A stretch of 52,261 nt of DNA from an uncultured Thermoplasmatales archaeon (GCA_964384785.1 CAYLLH010000077.1:1-52261); one strand, 5' to 3'. Positions 19,881-30,470 are shown, numbered from the stretch's first letter. Made by a program: numbers and translations. Notes: a model not told the origin generated them from the sequence alone.

Positions 19881-20837
19881 TTATTTTTTCATTTCTATGA
19901 TGTCCAGTATCCTATTGTATGCATTTGCAGTTGGTGCTATACCTGAGGGTGCTACTCTCCATTTTACTTGAATTGTATGGTCGCCTGATTCTAATTCTGT
20001 TATATAATTAAAAGCTAAAGTAAAAGTGCTGTCCCCGGATACAGAGGTACCTTTTCTTGTAGTAGGTATTACAGGATCGCCATCAATATGAAGCATTATT
20101 TGAACAGCTTCTTCTGCAACACTAGCACTAAAAACCCCGCTAAATAGTATTAGTAAAGGATTGTTGCCTGTTGTTATATTTAAGGTTGCATAGGTTAGAT
20201 TAACAAATTCATCTTGTTCCATTGTTGAATCTAAACCTACACCTAAACTAGTGTTCTTTTGCCAAAATTCTGTAACAGCATTCTCTGCAATATCGTCCGT
20301 ATCAACCGCTCCATCTTGAATATGATCAGAATTAATGCTGTCATCCTGAATGTTATCTTCATCAACAGAATCCTCTTGTAGTTCATCAATTCCTACGGCG
20401 TCAGAACCAATATCATCTTCGGTAATTGTGTTATCAAGAATCTTTTCACTGCTAATAGTGTTGTTAGCAATATCAACATTTTTTATATTGTAATCCTTTA
20501 TTTTTTCACTTGTTATTGAATTATTGCCAATAAATGATACATTTAAATAAAGTAAGTCTAAAACTGTTTGAGTAAGATGATTTGTTCCAATAGAAGAATC
20601 TTTTATTCTGGAAATTCCAGTAGTATTAATATCATTATCAGTTATTGTTCCATCAGCAATATCTTCAGTTGTAACAGTGTTATCAGCTAATTTACTTGAA
20701 GTTACAGCACTATTACCAATTTTTTCTGAATCAATACTTCCGGATTTAATTTCGGTATCAGGTTGAACAACAACAGCTGCTAATATGGCAACTAATGATA
20801 ATATAATTGCCAAAAATGGTAACATTCTTTCATTCAT
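19881..20837 (-). CDS. Membrane-anchored/secreted protein with decapeptide repeats (fibre-like) and a C-terminal beta-sandwich
   Basis: N-terminal hydrophobic helix; many (I/L)xxxx(V/I)(T/D)xx(K/D) repeats; C-terminal beta-rich domain (GDHTIQVKW). Confidence 0.7.
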   Translation of the reverse strand: MNERMLPFLAIILSLVAILAAVVVQPDTEIKSGSIDSEKIGNSAVTSSKLADNTVTTEDIADGTITDNDINTTGISRIKDSSIGTNHLTQTVLDLLYLNVSFIGNNSITSEKIKDYNIKNVDIANNTISSEKILDNTITEDDIGSDAVGIDELQEDSVDEDNIQDDSINSDHIQDGAVDTDDIAENAVTEFWQKNTSLGVGLDSTMEQDEFVNLTYATLNITTGNNPLLILFSGVFSASVAEEAVQIMLHIDGDPVIPTTRKGTSVSGDSTFTLAFNYITELESGDHTIQVKWRVAPSGIAPTANAYNRILDIIEMKK

Positions 20838-20970
20838 ATTTTTCCAACCTCACCAATATTAAACAAAATCAACTACATTTTATAAAAACTTATTTAAAAA
20901 TTTTAGAAAAAAATTTAGAAAATTAATAATTATTTCAATCAAAAAATAGAAGAAGAAATAAAAATTTTTT

Positions 20971-21492
20971 TTATTTGATTTTTACTTTTTTAGGTTTATC
21001 TTTAGGTTTCGGTTCTACTTTGGGTAACATAACTGTAAGAACACCGTTTTTTATCTCAGCTTCTACGTTATCTGTTTTAAATTCCTCAGGTAATTCCATA
21101 GATCTGAAGAATTTTTTTTCTGTTCTTTCTTTTCTTAACCAATTCTTGTTTTTTTCATCTTTAGTTTCCTTTTCTTCAGCTGATACTTCAATGGTGTTTG
21201 ATGTTACTTCTATATTCACATTGTCTTTTGTGATCCCGGGCATTTCTATATTCATCTCATAATGGTCTCCATGATCTACCACATCTGTCAAAGGCGCTCT
21301 GTTTTGATATGATGAAAGCAGGTTTTCCCTGGGACCCCAGAATAGATCATCGAAATTCGTTCTGAATTGGTCAAATAACTGATCCATTTCATTCCATATA
21401 TCATATGGTCTTCTTTCTGTTATTTCAGTACTATTTTTTTTGTCTTTCCTTTCTATTGGTAATTTGTCTTTTACTTTCTTTCCAAATCCCAT
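20971..21492 (-). CDS. hsp20: Small heat-shock protein (Hsp20/alpha-crystallin)
   Basis: DVVD...EMPGI.K.NV.I, ER...FFRS.ELP, AEIKNGVLTV.LPK. Start ATG 21492 after GGAGGT. Confidence 0.93.
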   Translation of the reverse strand: MGFGKKVKDKLPIERKDKKNSTEITERRPYDIWNEMDQLFDQFRTNFDDLFWGPRENLLSSYQNRAPLTDVVDHGDHYEMNIEMPGITKDNVNIEVTSNTIEVSAEEKETKDEKNKNWLRKERTEKKFFRSMELPEEFKTDNVEAEIKNGVLTVMLPKVEPKPKDKPKKVKIK

Positions 21493-21683
21493 ATTCCTTT
21501 CTACCTCCATCAAATTTTTGTATTAATAATTTATATGAACTTCTATAAAAATTTTACGTTTTTATTAAAATTCTAAATTTATTTATATTTTTTTAAAAAT
21601 TAAAAAAAGTTTTTTAACTAACATTCCTTACGACGTATAAAACTAGGACTCAAAAATATTGGGATGTTCTGGAGGGATAATCT

Positions 21684-22067
21684 TTGGCAAAAATCTTAAT
21701 AGTGGATGACGACCCTGATGTCATAACTTCTATAAAAATTGGTCTTAATAAACTATCAAATAATTATGATATAATAGGTGCAAACAGTGGACTGGAATGC
21801 ATTAAACTTTTAAAATTAGGTGCAAAACCTGATATTATTTTACTTGATATAATGATGCCAAAGATGAATGGTTGGGAAGTCTATGATCATATGCAGACAA
21901 ACCGAGAATGGGCAGATATACCAGTTATTTTTGTAACAGCCTTGGATGATCGTGAAACACTTCAGAAAGGAATGCAGACTAACACTTATTGTATAAAAAA
22001 ACCTTTTAATCTAGGTGAACTTAAAGAAAAAATTGAAAGAGTTCTTTCTGGAGAAACTTTTTTCTAA
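21684..22067 (+). CDS. Stand-alone response-regulator receiver (CheY-like)
   Basis: ILIVDDD, PDIILLDIMMPKMNG (phospho-Asp), VTA, KPF; GGAGG upstream. Confidence 0.92.
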   Translation: MAKILIVDDDPDVITSIKIGLNKLSNNYDIIGANSGLECIKLLKLGAKPDIILLDIMMPKMNGWEVYDHMQTNREWADIPVIFVTALDDRETLQKGMQTNTYCIKKPFNLGELKEKIERVLSGETFF

Positions 22068-22124
22068 AATATTTTTTTAGGTTATTAGAAAATATCATTA
22101 ATAACTACAGGATTACGAGTTGTT

Positions 22125-23483
22125 GTGATACATATTATGGATCCAGTTTGTCCTTTAGATTATCGTTACGGTAGAGAAGAAATAAAAAAAATTTTTGGTG
22201 AAGAACAAAGACTGCAGTTTTTACTTGATGTTGAAGGCGCTCTGGCTCGTGCTCATGCTAAACTTGGTAACATTTCACAAAAAGATGCTGATGAGATATC
22301 TAAAAAAGCTTCTGTTAAACTTGTAAAGGTAGAACGAGTTAAGGAGATTGAAGTCGAAACCAAACATGATATAATGGCTGTAACGCGTGCTCTTGCAGAA
22401 CAATGCAAAGGCGATGCTGGAAAATATGTTCATCTAGGAGCAACTAGTTATGACATTGTGGATACGGCTAATGCTCTTCAGTTTGCTGAATCAACAGATG
22501 TTATAAGAAAATCTTTAAAAGAACTAAGAAACACTTTTGTTAACTTGGCTAAAAAACATAAAAAAACTTTGATGCCAGGGCGCACTCATGGTCAACAAAC
22601 TATTCCTATAACATTTGGTTTGAAAATGGCAGGTTATGCCATGGAATGCGACCGTCATCTAGAAAGACTCTATGAAACTAAAAGCCGTATTATGGTCGGT
22701 AAACTTTCTGGAGCAGTTGGAACGGGTGCAGCATTAGGATCCAAAGCTAAAAGACTTCAGCAGGAAATGCTTAAAAACCTTGGTTTAGGTTTTGAAGATA
22801 TAAGCACTCAGATAGTCTGCAGAGATCGTTATAATGAACTTATAAGCGTCCTTTGTAACATTGTTACAAGTATGGAAAAGTTTGCAACAGAGATTCGTAA
22901 TCTTCAACGTGATGAAATAGGGGAAGCAGCTGAAGCATTTGAATCAAAAAAACAGGTTGGCTCTTCTACAATGCCTCATAAAAAAAACCCGATCACATGC
23001 GAGCAAATCTGCGGCCTCTCTCGGATTGTACGTGGTTTTATGATACCAACTTATGAAAACGCGATACAATGGCATGAAAGAGATCTATGTAATTCATCTT
23101 CTGAACGGTTCATAATTCCACATAGTCTAATACTAACCGACTGGGTTGTATACCAAACAAACAAGGTTTTCAAAAACTTGAAAGTTTACCCAGATCGTAT
23201 GAAAAAAAATCTAAAGATAACAAAAGGTCTTCCTATGGCTGAATCCTTGATGACAACTCTTATCGGTAAAGGCATGGGCAGGGGTGATGCTCATGAACTT
23301 ATGCGAAAAACAGCTCTTAAAGCTGCAGCTGAAAACAAAACCTTAAAACAGGTTTTTCTTGAGGAAAACAAAAAACTTAACAAGCTTTCTGAAAAAGAAA
23401 TCGATGAAGCACTTGATCCAAAAAATTATTTAGGTTTCACTGAAGAAATGATTGATCGAGTCATCAAAAAACTAGAAAGATAA
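22125..23483 (+). CDS. purB: Adenylosuccinate lyase
   Basis: PLDYRYG, KHD, HLGATS, GRTHGQ, GSSTMPHKKNP, WHERD. Start may be ATG 22137. Confidence 0.96.
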   Translation: MIHIMDPVCPLDYRYGREEIKKIFGEEQRLQFLLDVEGALARAHAKLGNISQKDADEISKKASVKLVKVERVKEIEVETKHDIMAVTRALAEQCKGDAGKYVHLGATSYDIVDTANALQFAESTDVIRKSLKELRNTFVNLAKKHKKTLMPGRTHGQQTIPITFGLKMAGYAMECDRHLERLYETKSRIMVGKLSGAVGTGAALGSKAKRLQQEMLKNLGLGFEDISTQIVCRDRYNELISVLCNIVTSMEKFATEIRNLQRDEIGEAAEAFESKKQVGSSTMPHKKNPITCEQICGLSRIVRGFMIPTYENAIQWHERDLCNSSSERFIIPHSLILTDWVVYQTNKVFKNLKVYPDRMKKNLKITKGLPMAESLMTTLIGKGMGRGDAHELMRKTALKAAAENKTLKQVFLEENKKLNKLSEKEIDEALDPKNYLGFTEEMIDRVIKKLER

Positions 23484-23493
23484 GTGATAAAAC

Positions 23494-24534
23494 ATGAATG
23501 ATTTAGAAAAAATATCATCTAACGCTGAAGAAATTATTAAATTTGAAGAACTAAAAAAGGTTTTACAAAAAGATAAAAAACGAGCTTATATTGGTTTTGA
23601 ACCTTCTGGAACAGTACATCTGGGTTGGAAGATTTGTACCAATAAAATCAATGATTTTTTAGAAGCTGGTTTTGATTTTAAGGTTCTTCTCGCGGACTGG
23701 CATGCCTATATCAATGACAAACTTGGTGGAGACCTTGAAAAAATTAAGCTTTGTGGAAAATACATGGAGCATTGTTTTGCAGCAATGGGTGTAGATACAA
23801 GTAAATTATCATTTGTGTATGCAAGTGAATATGTAGATGACCCGGATTACTGGGAGCTTGTTTTACGTGTTTCAAAGGCTACAAGTGTTGCCCGTGTTAA
23901 ACGCGCTATGGATATAATGGGTCGTAAAGAAGATGAAGCAGAAAAAGATCTTTCTAAACTGTTTTATCCAGCAATGCAAGTTTCAGATATTTTCTATTTT
24001 GATTTAGATGTAGCTTATGGGGGTATGGATCAACGACATGCCCATATGCTAGCTCGTGATGTTTCAAAAAAACTAAATCGTAAACCCCCTGTTGCAATTC
24101 ATACACCTCTCCTAACAGGCTTACAGGCTGGAGGTCGTATGGATCCAACTGAGGTTAAAATGAGTAAAAGCAAACCTGATTCTATGATCTCTATTCATGA
24201 TAAACCAGAATCAGTTAAAAATAAAATAAAAAAAGCATTTTGTCCAGAAAAACAAGCAAAAGGAAATCCTATCCTTGAACTATGTAAATACATTATTTTT
24301 CCAGAACTAAAAAATGAAAATTTTGTTATAAAACGACCTGAGAAATGGGGTGGAAACCTTGAATTCTCTTCATATGAAGAACTCAAAGAACAATATACAG
24401 AAGAACTCCATCCTCTTGATTTAAAGAATGCTACTGCAGATTACATAAATCAAATCCTTGAACCAGTCCATGAATATTTTGAAAAAAACTCTGAAAGTCT
24501 TGAAATAATAAAAAAACTGGATATCACTAGATGA
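23494..24534 (+). CDS. tyrS: Tyrosyl-tRNA synthetase, archaeal type
   Basis: YIGFEPSG.VHLG, ADWHA, YPAMQVSD, GGMDQ, KMSKS, LHPLDLK. Confidence 0.96.
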   Translation: MNDLEKISSNAEEIIKFEELKKVLQKDKKRAYIGFEPSGTVHLGWKICTNKINDFLEAGFDFKVLLADWHAYINDKLGGDLEKIKLCGKYMEHCFAAMGVDTSKLSFVYASEYVDDPDYWELVLRVSKATSVARVKRAMDIMGRKEDEAEKDLSKLFYPAMQVSDIFYFDLDVAYGGMDQRHAHMLARDVSKKLNRKPPVAIHTPLLTGLQAGGRMDPTEVKMSKSKPDSMISIHDKPESVKNKIKKAFCPEKQAKGNPILELCKYIIFPELKNENFVIKRPEKWGGNLEFSSYEELKEQYTEELHPLDLKNATADYINQILEPVHEYFEKNSESLEIIKKLDITR

Positions 24535-24557
24535 TTATCCATTTCATAATTTTTTTT

Positions 24558-25394
24558 TCAAATATTTTCAATTACTTGTTCTGCTTTAGAAATTAGAATT
24601 GCAGCATCCTCTGGTTCAATCCTTCTTTCATTTAATCTTTCAACTTGATGAATAAAGTTTTCTAAAATTCTTATTGCAGCATTATCAATATCTCTGTCGA
24701 TTAGAAATTCTGCTATCCTTAATTTGATTTTCAATCTCCATTCAATTCTCCAATTTAAATTCATTTCTTCAAGAGAATCAATAAGATCATCAATAGTTGC
24801 AATAGATTGGTAAATTATTTCTATATAAACCTGAGTACAAAAAACAGCTGCACCATAATGACAATAATCGGCACAAATACCGATTCCAATGGACTCTAAA
24901 TCTTCATCCAACCATTTTTGTTCAGTGAAAGGATTTAGTTCCCATGTATGCGATGCAGTCTCCCAGCTTCCTCGCTTTCTTAATTCTATTGGTTCTGAGA
25001 AACTTATTTCTTCTGAGTTTTCATTATATAAAAGTAATTTAAAACTAGAACTTGGAAAATCAGTTATAAACCTGCCATATACTGTTATTTTTTCTATTTT
25101 ACCAAAATCTGAGGGATTTATTTCGTATACATCTTTTGCTCCATCAGTAGACGTACCAATATATGTAGTTGTATCATCTGCTTTTTCTTCATCGACTTCT
25201 GAATAACCGGTTCCACTTCCAGGTATCCATTCAGTTATAATGTCTCCTGTGGGTCTTAAAACACAAACCTCAAATTGCTCTTCTTCGATTTCTTCTTCAG
25301 ATGATGCAGAAACAGGACTAGCTACAGCTAACAAAGCTAATGTTATAAACAAAACTAAAAATTTTTTATATTTACTTTTAAACTTCCCCGTCAT
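24558..25394 (-). CDS. Secreted hypothetical protein with a C-terminal helical (FIMAH-like) domain
   Basis: Signal peptide (KKFLVLF..VSA); beta-rich core; C-terminal AIRILENFIHQV..RI..DA..LI..A. Start ATG 25394 after GGTGA (ORF track gives 25514). Confidence 0.65.
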   Translation of the reverse strand: MTGKFKSKYKKFLVLFITLALLAVASPVSASSEEEIEEEQFEVCVLRPTGDIITEWIPGSGTGYSEVDEEKADDTTTYIGTSTDGAKDVYEINPSDFGKIEKITVYGRFITDFPSSSFKLLLYNENSEEISFSEPIELRKRGSWETASHTWELNPFTEQKWLDEDLESIGIGICADYCHYGAAVFCTQVYIEIIYQSIATIDDLIDSLEEMNLNWRIEWRLKIKLRIAEFLIDRDIDNAAIRILENFIHQVERLNERRIEPEDAAILISKAEQVIENI

Positions 25395-25533
25395 GTTTTC
25401 TTCACCCATCCAAATAAATTTATAGATAGTATATTTTCTTTTTTTAACTATTATAAAGATTTCCTGTAAAAACAACCAAAATGGTAAACTAAAAAGCAAA
25501 TTGGTTATACCCAAATATTAGTTCTATTTATAT

Positions 25534-26910
25534 TTAACCAGGATAGCGTTTTGAAAGAATATTTGCAGAAATTTTTAATGAAATAAACAAAAACACAATC
25601 TCAAAAAACAAAATCAGCAAAAAAACCCAATGATAATAACTAATATTTAACTGGATAAAACGTGCAGCATATGTAATTATTCCTAAAAAAATAAATAAAA
25701 TCATAGCGATACTATAAAGAAGCATAATATCTGATTTTTTACCAACATATTTAACTCCTAATGGAACTGAAAATAGTACTCCTGCGATAAAAGAAAAAAT
25801 GATAAACCATATCAGATAGAAAAAATCGGTAAATCCAAGAAAAATAGAAATATATGGAATAAAAGGAAGAGTTGCTATAAAACACAATGTTAAAGCAGAA
25901 GTTTTACCGTAAATCATAAGATCATTTTTAACAGGTACATGTTTCACTATCCACATTGTTTTTTCTTCATTTAAAAAAAGATTCAAAGCGGGAAAAACCG
26001 CTGTATAAATTACTACAACATAAACTCCAAGGAAAACAAACATAGCAGGAAGAAAACCACCATAAATATTTCTTACTGTATCAGGTATCAGTATTTCATC
26101 GCCATAAAGATAAAAGTATCCTGATGCAAAACCAACTATTGCTGATGTAAAAATATAGCTGAAAAACAAATTATCACGCCACAAAATTGTAGTCTCCTTA
26201 TGAAAAATAGCTTTTATTATCCCACGTTTTTTTGAAAGATTCTTGTTTCTTTTACGTTTCTTTCTACGAATATAAAGATAAGATGAGATGCTATTTTTAA
26301 TACTCCATGTTATATGAATAACTGCAAGTGGAAGTGTTAACGATACAAAATACATGTTTCTAGAGTAAAGATAAAAACCAACAAGTATTGCAGTAGGAAT
26401 AATCCGTATTATCTTTGGTGAAAAATAATTGATACAGATACTTCCACCAATGCAGGTAGCTGTTATCACACCCGTTGTAAATACAAGATATTCAACAGGG
26501 TAAAATGTGTTAATCCCTAATTGATTAACAATAATAAGATAAAGTGAAGAAAAAGAAAACCATATCAAAAGATTAGTAAGAAGAATATACAAAAAAACCT
26601 GAAAACTTGTTTTTATCTGTTTTTCATGTGTTGAAAGTGCATAAGTTATTTCATGGGATTTTATGAAATTATTATAAAAATCAACAGTTGATTTAACAAA
26701 AAAGATAAAGAAAATAATAAAAAACACATCATTAAGTTCAACATCTATATTTGTATCAATCCTTGTTACAAGCAAAGTAGTCACTGCAAAAGTTGCAATT
26801 GAGAAAAAAATCATACCCGTAAAAAAAAGATATAAAATCGGTGATTCTTTGAATTTTTTTATAAGCCCTCTTGAACTTTCAATGTACAACAATTTTGTAG
26901 TTTCAAACAT
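25534..26910 (-). CDS. Polytopic membrane protein, probable ABC exporter permease
   Basis: About 12 TM segments; KE...LWRD and NEEKTMWIVKHVP motifs typical of ABC-2-like permeases; follows an ABC ATPase gene. Confidence 0.75.
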   Translation of the reverse strand: MFETTKLLYIESSRGLIKKFKESPILYLFFTGMIFFSIATFAVTTLLVTRIDTNIDVELNDVFFIIFFIFFVKSTVDFYNNFIKSHEITYALSTHEKQIKTSFQVFLYILLTNLLIWFSFSSLYLIIVNQLGINTFYPVEYLVFTTGVITATCIGGSICINYFSPKIIRIIPTAILVGFYLYSRNMYFVSLTLPLAVIHITWSIKNSISSYLYIRRKKRKRNKNLSKKRGIIKAIFHKETTILWRDNLFFSYIFTSAIVGFASGYFYLYGDEILIPDTVRNIYGGFLPAMFVFLGVYVVVIYTAVFPALNLFLNEEKTMWIVKHVPVKNDLMIYGKTSALTLCFIATLPFIPYISIFLGFTDFFYLIWFIIFSFIAGVLFSVPLGVKYVGKKSDIMLLYSIAMILFIFLGIITYAARFIQLNISYYHWVFLLILFFEIVFLFISLKISANILSKRYPG

Positions 26911-26919
26911 AAAACACTT

Positions 26920-27621
26920 TTATCCTTTATTTGCAAAATACGATTTTTCTATACTGCCATATTTATCGATAAGATTAGCTACTTTGTCAAAACATGTAAC
27001 CTGTCCTTTCATCAAAAAATATACAACATCTGCTACTTTTTCAACAAGCTCAGTGGAATGAGTAGCAATAATTGTGGTTCCTTTCTTGTTTTTAATAAAA
27101 TCTTGAATGGCTCTAGAAGTTAATGGATCCAAACCATAAACGGGTTCATCAAGTAGAAGATTATTAGGATCATGCATGATAGCAGTAATAATTGAGATTT
27201 TTTGTTTCATACCTTTTGAGTAAGAACCAATTTCATAATCCAAAAAATCGGTTATCTCTATCATTCTTGAAAGCTTGTTTATTCTTTTTTCAGCATCTTT
27301 CATTTTTCTAAGTGATGCTATATAATGAAGAAATTCTCTACCCGTGAGCCGGTTATACATCTCAGGCATCTCAGGAAGATAACCAATCCTTTCTCTTGAT
27401 TCAACAGGTTTTCTATTTATCTGAATATCATCGATTTTAACTCGACCTTGATCAAATGGAATAATTCCTGTAATAATTTTTAGAAGAGTGCTTTTACCTG
27501 CGCCATTCTCTCCCATAATAGCTATTACTCTTTGATTTTCAAATTTAAAACTAACATTGTTTAAAGCAATTATTTTTCCATATTTTTTAGTAAGATTTTC
27601 AACAGTAATCATAAAAAACAA
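26920..27621 (-). CDS. ABC transporter ATP-binding protein
   Basis: GENGAGKST Walker A, YSKGMKQK signature, LLLDEP, H-loop. Confidence 0.93.
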   Translation of the reverse strand: MFFMITVENLTKKYGKIIALNNVSFKFENQRVIAIMGENGAGKSTLLKIITGIIPFDQGRVKIDDIQINRKPVESRERIGYLPEMPEMYNRLTGREFLHYIASLRKMKDAEKRINKLSRMIEITDFLDYEIGSYSKGMKQKISIITAIMHDPNNLLLDEPVYGLDPLTSRAIQDFIKNKKGTTIIATHSTELVEKVADVVYFLMKGQVTCFDKVANLIDKYGSIEKSYFANKG

Positions 27622-27762
27622 TTTTCCAATTAATGTAAATAATAATCACTTAAAAAAACATACCCTTCAGATTTTTAATTGTGATAAAACGATTTTACTT
27701 ATAACTGTTTAAACATCACTTATTTTAATTATTTATATATAAACAATATTATACGATACAAA

Positions 27763-28242
27763 ATGAATAGAAAACAAATTTACTACATTATCTCAATAGC
27801 TGTTTTTTTTATACTAGTTTTATCATTTGCGGGTTTTACGTATTATGCTGATGCAGAGGCAGTATCTAAAACTCAAATAAAAATCCAAAATCTAAATCTT
27901 ATAAAAATTCATTCTAATGGTGTAAAACTTGGTTTTACTGTAAACTTTGTAAACCCTTCAGATCGTGAGATAAATGATTTGTCATCTGATTTTGATATTT
28001 ATATTGATGGTATTAAGATCGGGTCTGGTAGTTTTTCAGATATAGATATTAAACCATATGATTATACCTCTAAACAAATGACGGTTATGGTATCTTATTC
28101 TGGTCTTGCACAATCTGCGGTTAATGTTATAAAAAATTTTATTTATGTTCAAAAAACAGGTTTTACGATTAAAGGAACAATAAAAGTGGATACATTATTT
28201 GGATTAACTGAAATATCTCAAAAATTTATAGCCGCTAACTAA
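27763..28242 (+). CDS. LEA type 2 (WHy-like) membrane-anchored protein
   Basis: N-terminal TM, then V.NP...I....FDIYIDG.KIGSG....I.P pattern. Confidence 0.7.
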   Translation: MNRKQIYYIISIAVFFILVLSFAGFTYYADAEAVSKTQIKIQNLNLIKIHSNGVKLGFTVNFVNPSDREINDLSSDFDIYIDGIKIGSGSFSDIDIKPYDYTSKQMTVMVSYSGLAQSAVNVIKNFIYVQKTGFTIKGTIKVDTLFGLTEISQKFIAAN

Positions 28243-28256
28243 TTATAATTTAGAAA

Positions 28257-28688
28257 ATGAATAAAAAAATGAATAAAATAGATAATCATTACTCAGAGGA
28301 TTTAATTGCTCCATGCGGTATGAACTGCCGGATTTGTGTTGGTTATTTTGGATATACAATGGCTGGAAAAAAAAGAAAAATGAGGTGTGTTGGTTGTAAT
28401 CCATCTGGTAAAAGTTGTGCTTTTTTAAAAAAGTATTGTAATAAACTTACCAAAAAGGAGGTTAATTATTGTTATGAATGTAGTGATTTTCCTTGTATTC
28501 ATCTAGAGAAAATTGATAATACATATCGTGAGAGATATGATATGAGCATTATTGAAAATCTTAAATTTATAAGAGATAAAGGATTGAACGATTTTTTAGA
28601 ACAACAAGAAGAAAAATATAGATGCCCTGAATGTGGCGGGGTTGTTTGTGTTCATAATAATATTTGTTACAACTGTGAATCTGAATAA
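28257..28688 (+). CDS. Cys-rich DUF3795-like protein
   Basis: IAPCGMNCRIC, CVGC, CYECSDFPC, NL..I...G, C-terminal CPECGG..C.H...CYNC. Confidence 0.8.
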   Translation: MNKKMNKIDNHYSEDLIAPCGMNCRICVGYFGYTMAGKKRKMRCVGCNPSGKSCAFLKKYCNKLTKKEVNYCYECSDFPCIHLEKIDNTYRERYDMSIIENLKFIRDKGLNDFLEQQEEKYRCPECGGVVCVHNNICYNCESE

Positions 28689-28697
28689 TTATTTTTT

Positions 28698-29486
28698 TTA
28701 TATCCATTCCATTAGTTGTTCTGCGTCATTGAAAAGTTTTGATCTTACAAGTATTGTAACTGTGAGTGCTGTAATTATTCCACCGCCAACAATCATTAAG
28801 TAAACTATTATTTGGTATTCTGCTGCAAGTATGGGGTCAGTTCCAGCTATCAACAGTCCAGCCATAGCTCCAGGGATAAAAATTACTCCTAGTGTTTTCA
28901 ATCGATCAATAGTTGGTATCAAACTTGCTCGTACACTTAGTCTTCCGTATTCTTCCAATGCTTCTTTTGAATTTGCTCCAAGAGATAGTTTGGTTTCTAT
29001 AGCAGTTCGATTTAGTTTTACTTCTCTTAGGAGTCTTTCCATTGATATTGAACATATTGCCATGCTGTTTCCAAATGCCATACCTGCTAATGGTATAATG
29101 AATTGTGGTTTTAGGGGCATAGCTTGTGAGGCTGCTAGAACTATTAATGCTAATGTTGCTCCTGCAAGGATTGCTGGTGTTGTAACTTCATAAGCATGTG
29201 GTACACCTGTTGCTCTTTTTGCAGATGTATAACCGCTTACTAAAACCATGGTTCCTATTAAAATCCATATTAGAAAATACCAGTATTCAAAATCAAATAA
29301 AAATGTTAAAAACAGAGCAATCAATGCAAGTTGTCCTCCACCTTTCCCAATAGCTACTGTAAATTCTTTTCCGATATCAAGTTTTTTTATGATAGATATA
29401 ATAATTACTATAACTAAAAGTATCATCACCATTCCAAGTATAACAAGACCCTGCTCCCAAGAATAGGGTATGCCTACTTCAGTCAA
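28698..29486 (-). CDS. ABC permease, FetB/UPF0014 family
   Basis: IIPLAGMAFGNSM, LGA, LIPTID..KTLG...IPGAM.G.L.AG.DP..AAEYQ. TTG 29486 overlaps the upstream stop codon (TTGA). Confidence 0.85.
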   Translation of the reverse strand: MTEVGIPYSWEQGLVILGMVMILLVIVIIISIIKKLDIGKEFTVAIGKGGGQLALIALFLTFLFDFEYWYFLIWILIGTMVLVSGYTSAKRATGVPHAYEVTTPAILAGATLALIVLAASQAMPLKPQFIIPLAGMAFGNSMAICSISMERLLREVKLNRTAIETKLSLGANSKEALEEYGRLSVRASLIPTIDRLKTLGVIFIPGAMAGLLIAGTDPILAAEYQIIVYLMIVGGGIITALTVTILVRSKLFNDAEQLMEWI

Positions 29487-30163
29487 TATGCTCCTCTCCA
29501 TTTGAAATCAGAAGTTTTGTCTATACTTTTTACAACACCTTCTTTTATGTTAGCAATCCTGTTGCATACTCTCATGGCTTGTTCTACATAGTGAGTAACC
29601 CAGATAACAGTTAAATCAAGGTCTTTTGAGGACCCAACAATATTTTTTTCTACTTTTTCAACATTTTTAGGATCCACTCCGCTTGTTGGTTCATCTAAAA
29701 GTAGAATATTAGGGTTTAATGCTAAAGCCCTAGCAAGCCCCACTCGTTTTTTTTCTCCACCTGATAGTTTTTCCGCCTTTTTTTGTAAAAAATTTTTTGG
29801 AAGACCCGAATGTTCGATACATTGGTAGATATAATCTTTATCGATTTCTCCGATAAGTTTTGGTCCATATGATACGTTTTCGTAGACTGTTCCAGGTAAC
29901 ATTACGCTTTCTTGATGTACCATTACAATTTTTCTTCTTAGATTCACTGGTTTAATTTTTTTTATGTTTTCATTTTGAAAAAATATTTCTCCTTCATCTA
30001 TTTCTATAAGACGGTTTATACATCTAAGAAGGGTTGATTTTCCACTGCCGCTGGGTCCAACAAGTCCAAGTATTTCACCTTTTTTGATATTAAGATTTAT
30101 TCCTTTTAGTATTGGTTTGTTTTGTAGATTTTTTTTAATGTTGTCGATTCTTAGAATTGTCAT
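29483..30163 (-). CDS. ABC ATP-binding protein, FetA-like
   Basis: GPSGSGKST, LSGGE, LLLDEPT, VTH; translationally coupled to the FetB-like permease. Confidence 0.9.
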   Translation of the reverse strand: MTILRIDNIKKNLQNKPILKGINLNIKKGEILGLVGPSGSGKSTLLRCINRLIEIDEGEIFFQNENIKKIKPVNLRRKIVMVHQESVMLPGTVYENVSYGPKLIGEIDKDYIYQCIEHSGLPKNFLQKKAEKLSGGEKKRVGLARALALNPNILLLDEPTSGVDPKNVEKVEKNIVGSSKDLDLTVIWVTHYVEQAMRVCNRIANIKEGVVKSIDKTSDFKWRGAY

Positions 30164-30169
30164 TGTTTT

Positions 30170-30466
30170 TTAGATCACCTCGGATTCAAGTTCTTTTATG
30201 AATTTTTTTAGTTCTTCTAGTGTTTTGTTTCCTTTTTTTGTGGTATGATATATTTTTCTTATTTTTCCTTGAACATTTTTCTTTTTGATTTTTAGTAGTT
30301 TTTTGTTGTTCATTTCATGTAGAATTGGATATAGTGTACCTGGGCTGATTTTATAACCGTGTTTTTTTAGTTCTTCTATCATCCATGCTCCATAGATTCC
30401 TTCTTTTTTTGCATGATGCAATATATGGATTCTTATGAATCCTAGGAGTATTTTTCTTTCATACAT
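30170..30466 (-). CDS. PadR-family transcriptional regulator
   Basis: HILHHA...IYG..M.EEL..HGY.ISPGTLYP.LH..RK.Y..T.KG. Confidence 0.9.
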   Translation of the reverse strand: MYERKILLGFIRIHILHHAKKEGIYGAWMIEELKKHGYKISPGTLYPILHEMNNKKLLKIKKKNVQGKIRKIYHTTKKGNKTLEELKKFIKELESEVI

Positions 30467-30470
30467 TTAT

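Noticed and set aside
20270-20750. Repetitive DNA as a possible CRISPR array or tandem repeat
   Set aside because: The periodicity is at protein level (30-nt decapeptide units, divergent DNA); there is no conserved repeat-spacer structure and no cas genes.
19881-20837. Provirus suggested by the fibre-like protein
   Set aside because: No integrase, capsid, terminase or att repeats; the flanks are housekeeping genes.
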